Shown here one piece after another: positions 20,541-30,413 of a stretch of 56,897 nt of DNA. This stretch comes from an uncultured Clostridia bacterium (lineage in GTDB: Bacteria; Bacillota; Clostridia; TANB77; CAG-508): contig CALXKD010000006.1 in assembly GCA_944388795.1 (NCBI GenBank), positions 1-56,897 on the forward strand, given 5' to 3'. The notes beneath the pieces are model-generated. The model saw only the letters and a list, made by a program, of their open reading frames with translations. It ran no database searches and was not told the origin of the DNA. Every line of letters begins with the position of its first letter. Within the stretch, counting starts at the first letter, position 1. Position numbers and translations under genes: made by a program.

Positions 20541-20581
20541 TTGACAACTGTTATACACTGTTATACAATAAATATAACAGT
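20541..20581 (+). promoter_or_regulatory. SigA promoter with overlapping GntR/YtrA-type operator repeats
   Basis: TTGACA 20541-20546, 17 bp, TACAAT 20564-20569. actgttatac x2 (20547-20566) plus inverted tataacagt (20573-20581). Confidence 0.7.
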
Positions 20582-20593
20582 TAGGAGGGAAAT

Positions 20594-20971
20594 ATGAATA
20601 TTATCATTAGCAATAGTAGTAGTGAACCAATTTATGAGCAAATTGAAAAGGCAATTAAACAAGCTATTTTCTCTAATGAATTAAAAGAAGAGGAAATGTT
20701 ACCATCTGTCAGAGTAATGGCAAATGACTTAAAAATTAGCTTTTTAACCGTAAAAAAAGCATATGACAAATTAGAGAATGATGGATATATTAAAACTGTA
20801 CCAGGAAAAGGTAGTTTTGTAGCACCTAAAAATATGGAGTTATTAAAAGAGGAAAAACGAAAAGAAATAGAAGTACATATAGAAGCTATTATTCATTTGG
20901 CAAAAATGGCAGATATTACAGAAGAAGAGATTATAGAGTTATTTAAAATGATGTTTGAGGGGGAAGTGTAG
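20594..20971 (+). CDS. GntR family (YtrA subfamily) transcriptional regulator
   Basis: PIYEQI, LPSVR, TVKKAY, GKGSFV; short C-terminus; precedes an ABC transporter. Confidence 0.92.
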   Translation: MNIIISNSSSEPIYEQIEKAIKQAIFSNELKEEEMLPSVRVMANDLKISFLTVKKAYDKLENDGYIKTVPGKGSFVAPKNMELLKEEKRKEIEVHIEAIIHLAKMADITEEEIIELFKMMFEGEV

Positions 20972-20972
20972 T

Positions 20973-21830
20973 ATGGAAAACGTAATAGAAGTTAAAAATT
21001 TACATAAACAATATAATGACTTTGAATTAAAAGATATCAGCTTTACTATTCCAGAAGGAAGTATCGTAGGACTCATTGGAGAAAATGGAGCTGGTAAAAC
21101 AACTACTATAAAATCAATATTAAATATTATTCATGCAGAAGGAGAAGTGAATATATTTGGAAAAGATCATAAAACATATGAAAAAGAAATAAAAAAGGAT
21201 ATTGGGGTAGTCATAGATGATAGCTTTTTATCAGAATATTTGAATGCTAAAAATATAAACCGAATTATGAAGGACTTTTATGAAGACTGGAATGAAGAAA
21301 AATATTTTGAATATTTAAAAGCATTTGGTTTACCTACAAATAAAATGGTAAAAGATTTTTCAAGTGGAATGAAAATGAAACTAAAAATAGCCACTGCAAT
21401 TTCTCATAATCCTAAATTATTAATCCTAGATGAACCAACAAGTGGATTAGATCCAGTTGTTAGAAATGAAATATTAGATATTTTTAGAAAATTTATAGAA
21501 GAGGATGAAAAAAGAGCAATTTTAATTTCTACACATATCACAACAGATTTAGAACATATATCAGATTACATTATATTTATCAATAAAGGTAATTTAGTTT
21601 TCAAAATGCCTACACAAGATTTGTTAGAGGAATATGGAATTGTCAAATGTAGTGAGAATGATTTTCATAGAATTCAAAAAGAAGATTATATTGCTTATAA
21701 AAAAGAAAAATATCAATATGAAGTATTAACAGAGAATAAAGAAAAATTTAAAAATAAATATTCTATTACAACAATTGATAAACCGACAATTGAAGATATT
21801 ATGTTATTTTATATTAAAGGGGGAAAATAG
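20973..21830 (+). CDS. ABC transporter ATP-binding protein (YtrB-like)
   Basis: GENGAGKTT, FSSGMK, LILDEPTSGLD. Confidence 0.92.
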   Translation: MENVIEVKNLHKQYNDFELKDISFTIPEGSIVGLIGENGAGKTTTIKSILNIIHAEGEVNIFGKDHKTYEKEIKKDIGVVIDDSFLSEYLNAKNINRIMKDFYEDWNEEKYFEYLKAFGLPTNKMVKDFSSGMKMKLKIATAISHNPKLLILDEPTSGLDPVVRNEILDIFRKFIEEDEKRAILISTHITTDLEHISDYIIFINKGNLVFKMPTQDLLEEYGIVKCSENDFHRIQKEDYIAYKKEKYQYEVLTENKEKFKNKYSITTIDKPTIEDIMLFYIKGGK

Positions 21831-21832
21831 CT

Positions 21833-22516
21833 ATGAAAACAATAAAAGGCTTGATAAAGAAGGACATATTCAATTTAGCAAGTTACAAGATGTCGTTACT
21901 TATATTATTAATATGCATGTGTGTAATGGGAATGGCAAGTTCTAGTATGGTAAATTATATACCAATTATTGCGATAACAATGGTTGGTATGATAGCTTTA
22001 TCTACTTTCAGTTATGATGATATATCAAAGTCTAATACATATATATTATCTTTGCCAACAAACAAAAAAGAAATTGTGCTTTCTAAATATATATTTATTA
22101 TTGCAATGATTATCATAGGTGGAATATTAGGAGTTATTATAACACCAATTGTGATTCAAATAATGAATGCCATTCATCCAGAGGAAATCATTGCAGTAGA
22201 TTTTCATGCAATATTTATAACAACATTAGGTGGTATGTTTGGAATTTCTTTGGTAGAAGCAATTCAAATTCCAAGTATCTATAAATGGGGAGCTGAAAAA
22301 GGAAGAATTCAAATGTTTATACTAATCTTTGCACTGATCTTGTTAATTGTCGGAATCGGTTATCTTGTAACAAAGATAGGGATTGGAATAAATATGGAGA
22401 TGATACAAAACTTTTTAGATAAGTTTGGAATACCAATTTTAATTATTTCTATCATAATGATGCATTATATATCTTATAAAGTATCTTATAAAATTTATTG
22501 TAAAAAAGAGGGCTAA
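21833..22516 (+). CDS. ABC-2 transporter permease
   Basis: About 6 TM segments, LSLPTNKKEIVLSKY; operon context. Confidence 0.85.
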   Translation: MKTIKGLIKKDIFNLASYKMSLLILLICMCVMGMASSSMVNYIPIIAITMVGMIALSTFSYDDISKSNTYILSLPTNKKEIVLSKYIFIIAMIIIGGILGVIITPIVIQIMNAIHPEEIIAVDFHAIFITTLGGMFGISLVEAIQIPSIYKWGAEKGRIQMFILIFALILLIVGIGYLVTKIGIGINMEMIQNFLDKFGIPILIISIIMMHYISYKVSYKIYCKKEG

Positions 22517-22559
22517 TTTTTTTATGCATAACATATTTCTTGGAAAGGAATGATGAAAT

Positions 22560-22805
22560 ATGAAAAGAAGGTTAATCTATAATGGAAAATATTTAAGCGA
22601 AATGACAAAAGAAGAGTTAAAAGCACAATTAAAAATAAATCAAACAAGAATAAAATATCGAAATATATTTTTCCTTTTAGTGGCTTTGGCTTGTGGTTTG
22701 AGTAATCCCATCTTAAGTATGATTCCTATTTTTATAACAATTATCACAAGTTATTGGTTATTAGAAAACAATGTAGCTATACAAGAAGAATTGAAAAATA
22801 AATAA
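22560..22805 (+). CDS. Small hypothetical membrane protein
   Basis: SD aagga, two hydrophobic segments, terminator-like hairpin downstream. Confidence 0.6.
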   Translation: MKRRLIYNGKYLSEMTKEELKAQLKINQTRIKYRNIFFLLVALACGLSNPILSMIPIFITIITSYWLLENNVAIQEELKNK

Positions 22806-22959
22806 AAAAATTAGAATTAGAAATGTAATTTTCTAATTCTTTTTTTAAAATGAGAGTAGCTACCTAATCACTAAAAAAATATATGAAAATAAAAGAAAAC
22901 TCTATACGCTACTTACCTATTATGGTATAATTTTTAAAAACACAGATAAGGAGGATGTT

Positions 22960-23718
22960 ATGGTTGAAGTTAACAAGCTAACAAAAAAATTTGTTAGATA
23001 TAAAAATAAAAAAGAAAAAGAAGAATTTTATGCAGATAAAGAAATTACTTTTGAAGCAAAAGAGGGAGAAATTATAGGCATATTAGGACCAAATGGAGCA
23101 GGAAAGACAACGCTTTTAAGAATGATAGCAGGGATATTAGAGCCAACAAAAGGTAGCATTTCTTTTGATGGATTAAATTATAAAGACAATGAGATTGAAA
23201 TAAAACAAAAAATAGCATATTTATCAGGAAACACAAAATTATATGATACATTATCTACATATGAACTTCTAAAAATGTGTGGAGGAATCTATGGAATGGA
23301 AGATAAAAATATAGAGAAAAGAATACAAGAAATTTCAGACATTTTAAACATGCATAAGTTTTTATATAACCGAATTGGAACATTATCTACTGGACAAACA
23401 CAAAGAGTAAATATAGCAAGATGTTTAGTGCATGACCCTAAATATTATATTTTAGATGAAGCAACAACAGGATTAGATATTATTTCTAGCCAAATTATTT
23501 TAGACTTTATGAAACAAGAAAAGCAAAAAGGAAAAACAATATTATATTCTACACATTATATGGAGGAAGCCGAGAACATATGTGATAGAGTTATTATGAT
23601 TAATAATGGAGAGGTTATTCATGCAGGAACACCTAAAGAAATAAAAGAGGATACGCAAACAACTAACTTGAGAGATGCCTTTTTCAAGATGATAGGAGGT
23701 GTTTCAATTGAAGAGTAA
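22960..23718 (+). CDS. natA: Na+ efflux-type ABC ATPase (NatA-like)
   Basis: GPNGAGKTT, LSTGQTQRVNIARCLVHDP, STHYMEEAE. Confidence 0.75.
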   Translation: MVEVNKLTKKFVRYKNKKEKEEFYADKEITFEAKEGEIIGILGPNGAGKTTLLRMIAGILEPTKGSISFDGLNYKDNEIEIKQKIAYLSGNTKLYDTLSTYELLKMCGGIYGMEDKNIEKRIQEISDILNMHKFLYNRIGTLSTGQTQRVNIARCLVHDPKYYILDEATTGLDIISSQIILDFMKQEKQKGKTILYSTHYMEEAENICDRVIMINNGEVIHAGTPKEIKEDTQTTNLRDAFFKMIGGVSIEE

Positions 23719-24856
23719 TTTATGGAATATCCTAAAAAAAGAATTAAGAGAATTATTTAGAGATAAAAAATCACTTGCTATGATGTTAATTATACCAATA
23801 TTTATACCACTTTTAGTTATTGGAATGTCAGCTTTATTTGAAGCACAAGTAAGTAAGGATGTAGAGGAGTACAATAAAATTGGTTTTGCATATGAAATGA
23901 CAGATGTAGAAAAAAATATAGCAAAAGAAATGAACATTGAAATTATAAATGGAAATGAAGAAGAATTAAAACAACAATATGATGATGGAGATATTGACTT
24001 ATATATAACAAAAGATGGAAATAAATATATAATTAATACAGATGGTTCAGATACAAGCACATATTCAAGCAGCTTAATGGAAACATATTTTAATACATAT
24101 AAACAATATTTACAACAAAACTACTTGCAAGAAAATAATTTAAATCCAGATGAAGTATTAAACATTATTACAGTAGAAGAAAATATGATTGAACAAGATA
24201 ATTACTTTGCAAATTATATAAAAAATTATGCATTTCTTTTCATAATGATGGCAATAACAGTTTCAGCTACATATCCTGCAACAGATACAACGGCAGGGGA
24301 AAGAGAAAGAGGAACATTAGAAACATTACTTACATTTCCAATAAAGAGTAAAGATATTATTATAGGGAAATTTTTAGGAGTTACAATATCTTCTATTATT
24401 ACCGGTGTTATTAGTTTGGTACTAGCAATCATATCTTTAATTGTTACAAAAAATATGTTTTCAATATATGAGGGAATAGATACAATGTTTTCTCCAATTA
24501 CGATAGTATTTGCTGTAATTGTAATCATTGTATATTCATTCTTTATAAGTGGATTATGCATTTCTATTGCAAGTACATCAAAGACTTTTAAAGAGGCACA
24601 AAGTGCCTTAACGCCACTAACATTTATATCATTCTTTCCAGGAATGATTGCATTTATGATGGGAATAACAACAACACCAATACTTTCTATAATACCATTT
24701 ATAAACTTTACTTTAATATTTACAGATATTAATAATGGAACTATCGATATATTAAATATCGTATTAATGGCAGTATCTACCATAATTTATATAAGTATCG
24801 TTTTTGCCTATATCATAAAACAATATAAATCAGAAAAAGTATTATTTACAAAATAA
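23708..24856 (+). CDS. natB: ABC permease (NatB-like)
   Basis: KKELRELFRD, TAGERERGTLETLL, KTFKEAQS. TTG start overlaps natA. Confidence 0.75.
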   Translation: MKSNLWNILKKELRELFRDKKSLAMMLIIPIFIPLLVIGMSALFEAQVSKDVEEYNKIGFAYEMTDVEKNIAKEMNIEIINGNEEELKQQYDDGDIDLYITKDGNKYIINTDGSDTSTYSSSLMETYFNTYKQYLQQNYLQENNLNPDEVLNIITVEENMIEQDNYFANYIKNYAFLFIMMAITVSATYPATDTTAGERERGTLETLLTFPIKSKDIIIGKFLGVTISSIITGVISLVLAIISLIVTKNMFSIYEGIDTMFSPITIVFAVIVIIVYSFFISGLCISIASTSKTFKEAQSALTPLTFISFFPGMIAFMMGITTTPILSIIPFINFTLIFTDINNGTIDILNIVLMAVSTIIYISIVFAYIIKQYKSEKVLFTK

Positions 24857-24904
24857 GAAAAAGAGAAAAGAAAAACTAAAAAGCAGATTTTGCTTTTTAG
24901 TTTT

Positions 24905-25675
24905 TTATTCATAATCTTCAATATAAATTGCTTTTGCAAGGTAAGGCGTAATCTCATTAATGTCATACCATCCAGAGCTTTTACTATCATTTTTCAATCC
25001 ATTTGGATTAGAAACATAAACCATTCCCTTTCCATCAGTAGCAAGAAGTGCCATGTAATGAGAAGCAGTTGTCCAACGATTATTGTGGGGAGTATTCCAA
25101 ACACAGACAATAATTGGTCTATTGGTAAGTAAATGCTCTTCGATTGAGGAATTGGATAAATGTTCAGAATCATAATAAAAACCAGAATTTTTAATTCCAA
25201 AAGTAGAAGCTAGTTCACTTGGAAATTGTTCGTAATCCATAACTGGATAATATTTTTGTCTCAAATCTTCAGGTGTATAATTTTTATGATAACCACTTAA
25301 AATAATAGACATAACCGTTATACCACAACCATTTTCAGCCATAGTATCTCCCCAATAGGTGTTATTGCTCCAAGAAGCATCTCCATTTTGTTTATATTCC
25401 AAATAGGTTTTTTGATGATTTTTTTCTGTTGTGAAAGTTGTAAAATATCCATCTATATGGTTTATGTTTTCTTGACCTATTCCGGCATAATTCGGATTTG
25501 TGTCTTGCTTGATAATATCATATTCGGAATGATTATCTAAAGATGAAATAAAATCTGTACTTTTAATTGAAATATTATGAGAGTTTATATATAAATAAAC
25601 TACAACACATAATAAAATCAAAGATAATAGAAATCTTTTTTTATTTAATTTTCTTTTATGTATTCTGTTTTTCAT
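24905..25675 (-). CDS. Membrane-anchored C39-like cysteine peptidase
   Basis: YKQ...W...ENGCG, HYMAL, VSNP; basic N-terminus followed by a TM segment. Confidence 0.75.
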   Translation of the reverse strand: MKNRIHKRKLNKKRFLLSLILLCVVVYLYINSHNISIKSTDFISSLDNHSEYDIIKQDTNPNYAGIGQENINHIDGYFTTFTTEKNHQKTYLEYKQNGDASWSNNTYWGDTMAENGCGITVMSIILSGYHKNYTPEDLRQKYYPVMDYEQFPSELASTFGIKNSGFYYDSEHLSNSSIEEHLLTNRPIIVCVWNTPHNNRWTTASHYMALLATDGKGMVYVSNPNGLKNDSKSSGWYDINEITPYLAKAIYIEDYE

Positions 25676-25848
25676 GTATATACCTTCTTTCTAACTTAAT
25701 TTTTATCTTTAAATATATTTTATAGAATCAACATAGAAAGAACTTTAAAAAAGGATTAACAAATTCTTAACTTTTTCTTACAATTAGAAAAAAGTACAGA
25801 AAAACTATAGATTTATGATATAATTTAGATAAAAGAAAGGGGATTGGT

Positions 25849-26538
25849 ATGAATATTTTAGTATTAGATGATGAAAAAGAAATAGCGGATTTAGTAGAGG
25901 TATATTTACAAAATGAGAATTACCATATATATAAATTTTATAAGTCAGAAGAGGCAATTCATTGTATAGATACTGAGAAAATAGATGTTGCTATTTTGGA
26001 TGTTATGATAGAAGGGAAAGATGGATTTGAAATTTGTAGATATATTCGAAAAAAAGGACTTAAATTTCCTGTCATTATGCTAACTGCTAAAATAGAGGAT
26101 AATGATAAGATAAAGGGATTAACACTAGGAGCAGATGATTATATTACCAAACCCTTTAATCCGTTAGAATTGGTGGCAAGAGTAAAATCAGCATTAAGAA
26201 GATATACATTATATAATGGAGAGAATAAAACAAATCATACAATAGAAATCAATGGATTAGTGATAGATAAAGATAAACATAAATGTTTGCTATATGAAAG
26301 AGAGGTAGATTTAACACCAATAGAATTTGAAATATTATTATATTTAGCAGAAAATAGAGGAAAAGTGATTCCTTCAGAAGAATTATTTGAAAAAGTGTGG
26401 AAAGAAAAATATTTAGATAGTAACAATACAGTTATGGTGCATATTAGAAGGATACGAGAAAAATTAAATGAAGATACGAAACATCCAAAATTTATAAAAA
26501 CGGTATGGGGAGTGGGATATAAAATTGAAAATGAATGA
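25849..26538 (+). CDS. OmpR-family response regulator (VanR-like)
   Basis: LDDEKEI, ILDVM, GADDYITKPFNPLE, VMVHIRRIREK, TVWGVGY. Confidence 0.92.
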   Translation: MNILVLDDEKEIADLVEVYLQNENYHIYKFYKSEEAIHCIDTEKIDVAILDVMIEGKDGFEICRYIRKKGLKFPVIMLTAKIEDNDKIKGLTLGADDYITKPFNPLELVARVKSALRRYTLYNGENKTNHTIEINGLVIDKDKHKCLLYEREVDLTPIEFEILLYLAENRGKVIPSEELFEKVWKEKYLDSNNTVMVHIRRIREKLNEDTKHPKFIKTVWGVGYKIENE

Positions 26539-27604
26539 TTTAACAAAAATGAAAATGAGATTATGTATGTCTTTAATGGCAAATATTATGGTGGCAGTCA
26601 TTGTTTCCTTGATAGTATATTTTATTATTGCTATGTTTTTTGAGGGCATTATATCGAATATTGTATCAAATTTAAACTATGACGTATATTCATGGATTGT
26701 ATATAATAGAGAAATTGTAGTATATGTGTATATTGGAATTGTTTTAGCAGTGATTATTTATCGATTTATTTCAAAATATGTAAATGCTATGCATGAAGTA
26801 TATAATGCTTTAGATTTAATATTAAAAGAGGATAATGAAACCATTAAGTTACCAAGTGAAATGAACCAATTTTCAGATAAGATCAATGAAATTAAATATG
26901 ATTATATATTAACGAAAAAGAATGAAAGAGAAGCGGAGCAAAAGAAAAATGATTTAATTGTGTATATGGCACATGATTTAAAAACACCATTAACTTCTAT
27001 TATTGGATATTTAACATTATTAAAAGATGAAAAACAAATATCAAAAGAATTGCAAGAAAAGTATATTAAAATTGCATTAGATAAAGCTTTAAGAGTAGAG
27101 GATTTGACCAATCAATTTTTTGATATTACAAGATATAATTTACAAAATATGCCGATTAATAAGCAGGAAATTAACTTAGTGTATCTATTAAAACAAGTGA
27201 TTGACGAATGTTATCCAATGCTTGAAAAAAGAAATTTAAAATGCCATTTGGAGTCTGTTGATAAGGTGATGTATGTTGGAGATGGAGATAAATTAGCAAG
27301 AGCATTTGATAATTTATTAAAAAATGCCATTAATTATAGTTATGAAAATACCACAATCGAGATACAATTAGAGGAAAAGGAAGGAAAAATATCAATTGTA
27401 TTCAGAAATAAAGGAGATAAAATTCCACAATATAAATTAGATAAATTATTTGAAAAATTTTATAGAGGAGATGATGCAAGAACAAGTAGTACAGGTGGAG
27501 CAGGATTAGGACTTGCCATAACCAAACAAATTATAGAGTTGCATGAAGGAAAGATTTATGTTAAAAATGATGATGAATATATAGAATTCTTTATAGATTT
27601 ATAA
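26531..27604 (+). CDS. Sensor histidine kinase (VanS-like, intramembrane-sensing)
   Basis: Two close TM segments, AHDLKTPLTS, NLLKNA, GAGLGLAI. Confidence 0.9.
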   Translation: MNDLTKMKMRLCMSLMANIMVAVIVSLIVYFIIAMFFEGIISNIVSNLNYDVYSWIVYNREIVVYVYIGIVLAVIIYRFISKYVNAMHEVYNALDLILKEDNETIKLPSEMNQFSDKINEIKYDYILTKKNEREAEQKKNDLIVYMAHDLKTPLTSIIGYLTLLKDEKQISKELQEKYIKIALDKALRVEDLTNQFFDITRYNLQNMPINKQEINLVYLLKQVIDECYPMLEKRNLKCHLESVDKVMYVGDGDKLARAFDNLLKNAINYSYENTTIEIQLEEKEGKISIVFRNKGDKIPQYKLDKLFEKFYRGDDARTSSTGGAGLGLAITKQIIELHEGKIYVKNDDEYIEFFIDL

Positions 27605-27629
27605 AATAACTTGAAATAGGAGGTACACG

Positions 27630-28175
27630 ATGGGAAAAGTATTAAAGGTAAGAGAAGTAGGAAATCCTATTTTATCAACAAAGTGTGAAGAAGTAGATAT
27701 ACACCATATAAATGAATCTATCATAGAAATTATAGAAGATATGAAGGAAACTTTGAATTTTACAGGTGGATTTGGAATAGCAGCTCCACAAATAGGTGTG
27801 AATAAAAGAATTGTCATTATACAAGTGGAAAAAGATAACTGTACTTATCAAGATTGTGAGGATATTCCAACAACAATTATGATAAATCCTGTTTGGAGAA
27901 ATTTATCAGAAGAAACTTATATAGAATATGAAGGGTGTCTAAGTGTACCAGCAATTAGAGGAAAAGTGGAAAGATATCATGATATAGAAGTTACTTATTA
28001 TAATGAACAAGGAGAAAAAATAACAAAACAAGTTCAGGGATTTACAGCAAGAGATATCCAACATGAATGTGATCATTTAGATGGAATTGTATTTTTAGAA
28101 AAAGTAAATATGCATAATGGATTTGCAACAAAAGAAATGATAAATAAATATAATTTAAAGGAGGATTTGTCATGA
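27630..28175 (+). CDS. def: Peptide deformylase
   Basis: GIAAPQIG, EGCLS, QHECDHLDG. Confidence 0.92.
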   Translation: MGKVLKVREVGNPILSTKCEEVDIHHINESIIEIIEDMKETLNFTGGFGIAAPQIGVNKRIVIIQVEKDNCTYQDCEDIPTTIMINPVWRNLSEETYIEYEGCLSVPAIRGKVERYHDIEVTYYNEQGEKITKQVQGFTARDIQHECDHLDGIVFLEKVNMHNGFATKEMINKYNLKEDLS

Positions 28176-28840
28176 AATTAGTATTGGCTTCGCAAGGCTT
28201 TACAACAGATGAAATTGCAGAAAATGTATCTGAATTGGTAGGAAAATCATTAAGTAATATAAATATTTCTATCATTAATGAAGCATATATTGTAATTCCG
28301 GAGAATGAAGATAAAAGATGGTTAATACAAGAATTAGGGAATATAGCAAAATATATAGGTGGAACAATTGATTTTGTGAATTTAAGAGCATATACAAAGG
28401 AAGAAATCAGAAAAAGATTAGTCAATACAGATATTATATATATTGTTGGTGGAAAGCAATTTATTTTACCAAATTTATTTAAAGAAACAGGATTTGATGA
28501 AATTTTAAGAAAATGTGCTAAAAATAAAGTTATTATGGGAACATCAGCAGGTGCAACTGTATTGGGAAAGCAAATAGAAAGTGCTCCGTATTGGAAAGAA
28601 AGATATCAGGTGGAAAAGGAAAAAATAGAAAATAAAACATTAGGATTGGTAGAGTTTAATATTGTTCCACACTATATGAGAGAAGATCATAAAAAATGGA
28701 ATAAAGAATTTTTAGAAGAGGTTTTAAGAGATAATCCATTTCCTGTTTATGCAATACGAGATGATCAAGCGATTATTTATGACGAGGGAAAACTCAAATT
28801 TGTTGGAGGAAATCCAGAAATATTTGGAAAAAATATATAA
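28172..28840 (+). CDS. Peptidase S51 / class I glutamine amidotransferase-like protein
   Basis: IYIVGG, GTSAGA, IVPHY. Confidence 0.8.
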   Translation: MKLVLASQGFTTDEIAENVSELVGKSLSNINISIINEAYIVIPENEDKRWLIQELGNIAKYIGGTIDFVNLRAYTKEEIRKRLVNTDIIYIVGGKQFILPNLFKETGFDEILRKCAKNKVIMGTSAGATVLGKQIESAPYWKERYQVEKEKIENKTLGLVEFNIVPHYMREDHKKWNKEFLEEVLRDNPFPVYAIRDDQAIIYDEGKLKFVGGNPEIFGKNI

Positions 28841-28924
28841 AAAGAAATAAAGTATATAACGAGTATGTATATACTTTATTTTTGACTTTTAATAATATTA
28901 TTAGAAAAATATTTGAAGAAAGTA

Positions 28925-28953
28925 TTGACAAAATGAAGAAAACCCAGTATAAT
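28925..28953 (+). promoter_or_regulatory. Consensus SigA promoter of tRNA-Gly
   Basis: TTGACA, 17 bp, TATAAT. Confidence 0.85.
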
Positions 28954-28973
28954 TTATAAATGTCAAGAGTCAT

Positions 28974-29047
<74 letters not shown>

Positions 29048-29053
29048 AATTTT

Positions 29054-29083
29054 AAATACCACATTTATAAATGTGGTATTTTT
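29054..29083 (+). terminator. tRNA-Gly terminator
   Basis: aaataccacattt-at-aaatgtggtattttt. Confidence 0.8.
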
Positions 29084-29236
29084 CTATTTTAAGAAGTATA
29101 TTGAAAATATAGAAAAGTGTGATATAATAACAAGGACTGAGCTAGTAAGAATATCTTTATAGCAAAGTATTTAAAAATTTCTGATACTAAAATGTTATTG
29201 AAGTAGAAGTATGAATATCATATTTAGGAGGAAATC

Positions 29237-29482
29237 ATGGATACAAGGGTTGCCATAATAGGAATAATATTAGAAAAAAAGGATGAAGTAGAAAAACTAA
29301 ACTCTATTTTACATGACTATTCGAAATGGATTATTGGAAGAATGGGTATGCCATATCCTAAAAAATCTATCAATATTATTAATATTATCGTAGATGCACC
29401 ACAAGACGAAATAAACACTTTATCAGGAAAAATAGGTAAACTTTCTGGAATTACAAGTAAAGTGATTTATTCCAATGTATAG
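29237..29482 (+). CDS. TM1266-family putative regulator (ACT/CopG-like; 'iron-only hydrogenase system regulator')
   Basis: TRVAIIGII, LNSILHDY, IIGRMGMPY, INTLSGKIGKL. Confidence 0.82.
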   Translation: MDTRVAIIGIILEKKDEVEKLNSILHDYSKWIIGRMGMPYPKKSINIINIIVDAPQDEINTLSGKIGKLSGITSKVIYSNV

Positions 29483-29535
29483 TAAAGATATATTCTTATT
29501 TTAAAGCTCTATTTCTATAAAAGGAGGAGTTTAAA

Positions 29536-30144
29536 ATGGAGAATGAAAGTGTTATTAATAAAAGAATAACTCAATTTTCAAAAGGTGCTGATATAGCACA
29601 AACAATTATTATATTTTTAATTGCCCTATTAGTTCCAACATTTTTAGGACAGCTTATTACAAGTCTATTTGGATCAACAAGTGTGATAGCAAGTAATTCT
29701 CAATTAATTGTTGGAACAATTGTCAATATGGCTTTAGTCACAACAGCTATTAATTTAAAAGGTTGGGCTAAAATTCTTGGAGTTGTAACAATGCCAAGTA
29801 TTTCTACAATATTAAGTGGATATGTATTTGGAACAGCTTCTACATATATGGTATATATGATACCAGCAATATGGGTAGGAAATTTTGCATTAGTATATGC
29901 TTACAAATTTATCATGTTAGGGAAAAATAAACATTATTTCTTAGCAGGAATAGTAGGTGTGGTTGTAAAAGTAGCCATCATATTTGCATTCTTTGGAATT
30001 TTAAATGCTTTTGGTGTTTTTCCAGAGAAATTAGTTTCAAATTTACAAACAGCTATGAGTACAACACAATTGATTACAGCTACATTAGGTGTTATTTTAT
30101 CTTTTATTATTTATAAATTAGAAAAGAAATCAGCGAAAGAATAA
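29536..30144 (+). CDS. ECF transporter S-component-like membrane protein
   Basis: About 6 TM segments, QLIVGTIVN, MIPAIWVGN, QLITA. Confidence 0.6.
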   Translation: MENESVINKRITQFSKGADIAQTIIIFLIALLVPTFLGQLITSLFGSTSVIASNSQLIVGTIVNMALVTTAINLKGWAKILGVVTMPSISTILSGYVFGTASTYMVYMIPAIWVGNFALVYAYKFIMLGKNKHYFLAGIVGVVVKVAIIFAFFGILNAFGVFPEKLVSNLQTAMSTTQLITATLGVILSFIIYKLEKKSAKE

Positions 30145-30215
30145 ATATGAACAAAAATGTGAATGTTGAACTTTAGGGATAGCCCTTAAAGTTCATTTTT
30201 TATTTAGAAAAATAT

Positions 30216-30304
30216 AAAAAAAGAACTAGATTACTGTTATAGGAGAAATCTAGTTCATAAACAAAAAATAATTCATAAATCGATATATAAATATATGATT
30301 TATT
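30216..30304 (-). ncRNA. Candidate small RNA (~90 nt)
   Basis: Minus-strand promoter TTGACT, 17 bp, TG-C-TACAAT (30311-30339); 5' hairpin; 10-bp terminator stem followed by U7; no ORF. Confidence 0.55.
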
Positions 30305-30413
30305 ACTGGTATTGTAGCAAATAAAAGAAAACAAGTCAATAAAAAAACACAAAAAACAACAAATTTCTATAAAATATTACAAAAGAAATAAATAAGAAAA
30401 AAGTATTACAATA

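Noticed and set aside
25849-27604. Vancomycin-resistance locus
   Set aside because: No vanH/A/X/Y/T-like genes are adjacent.
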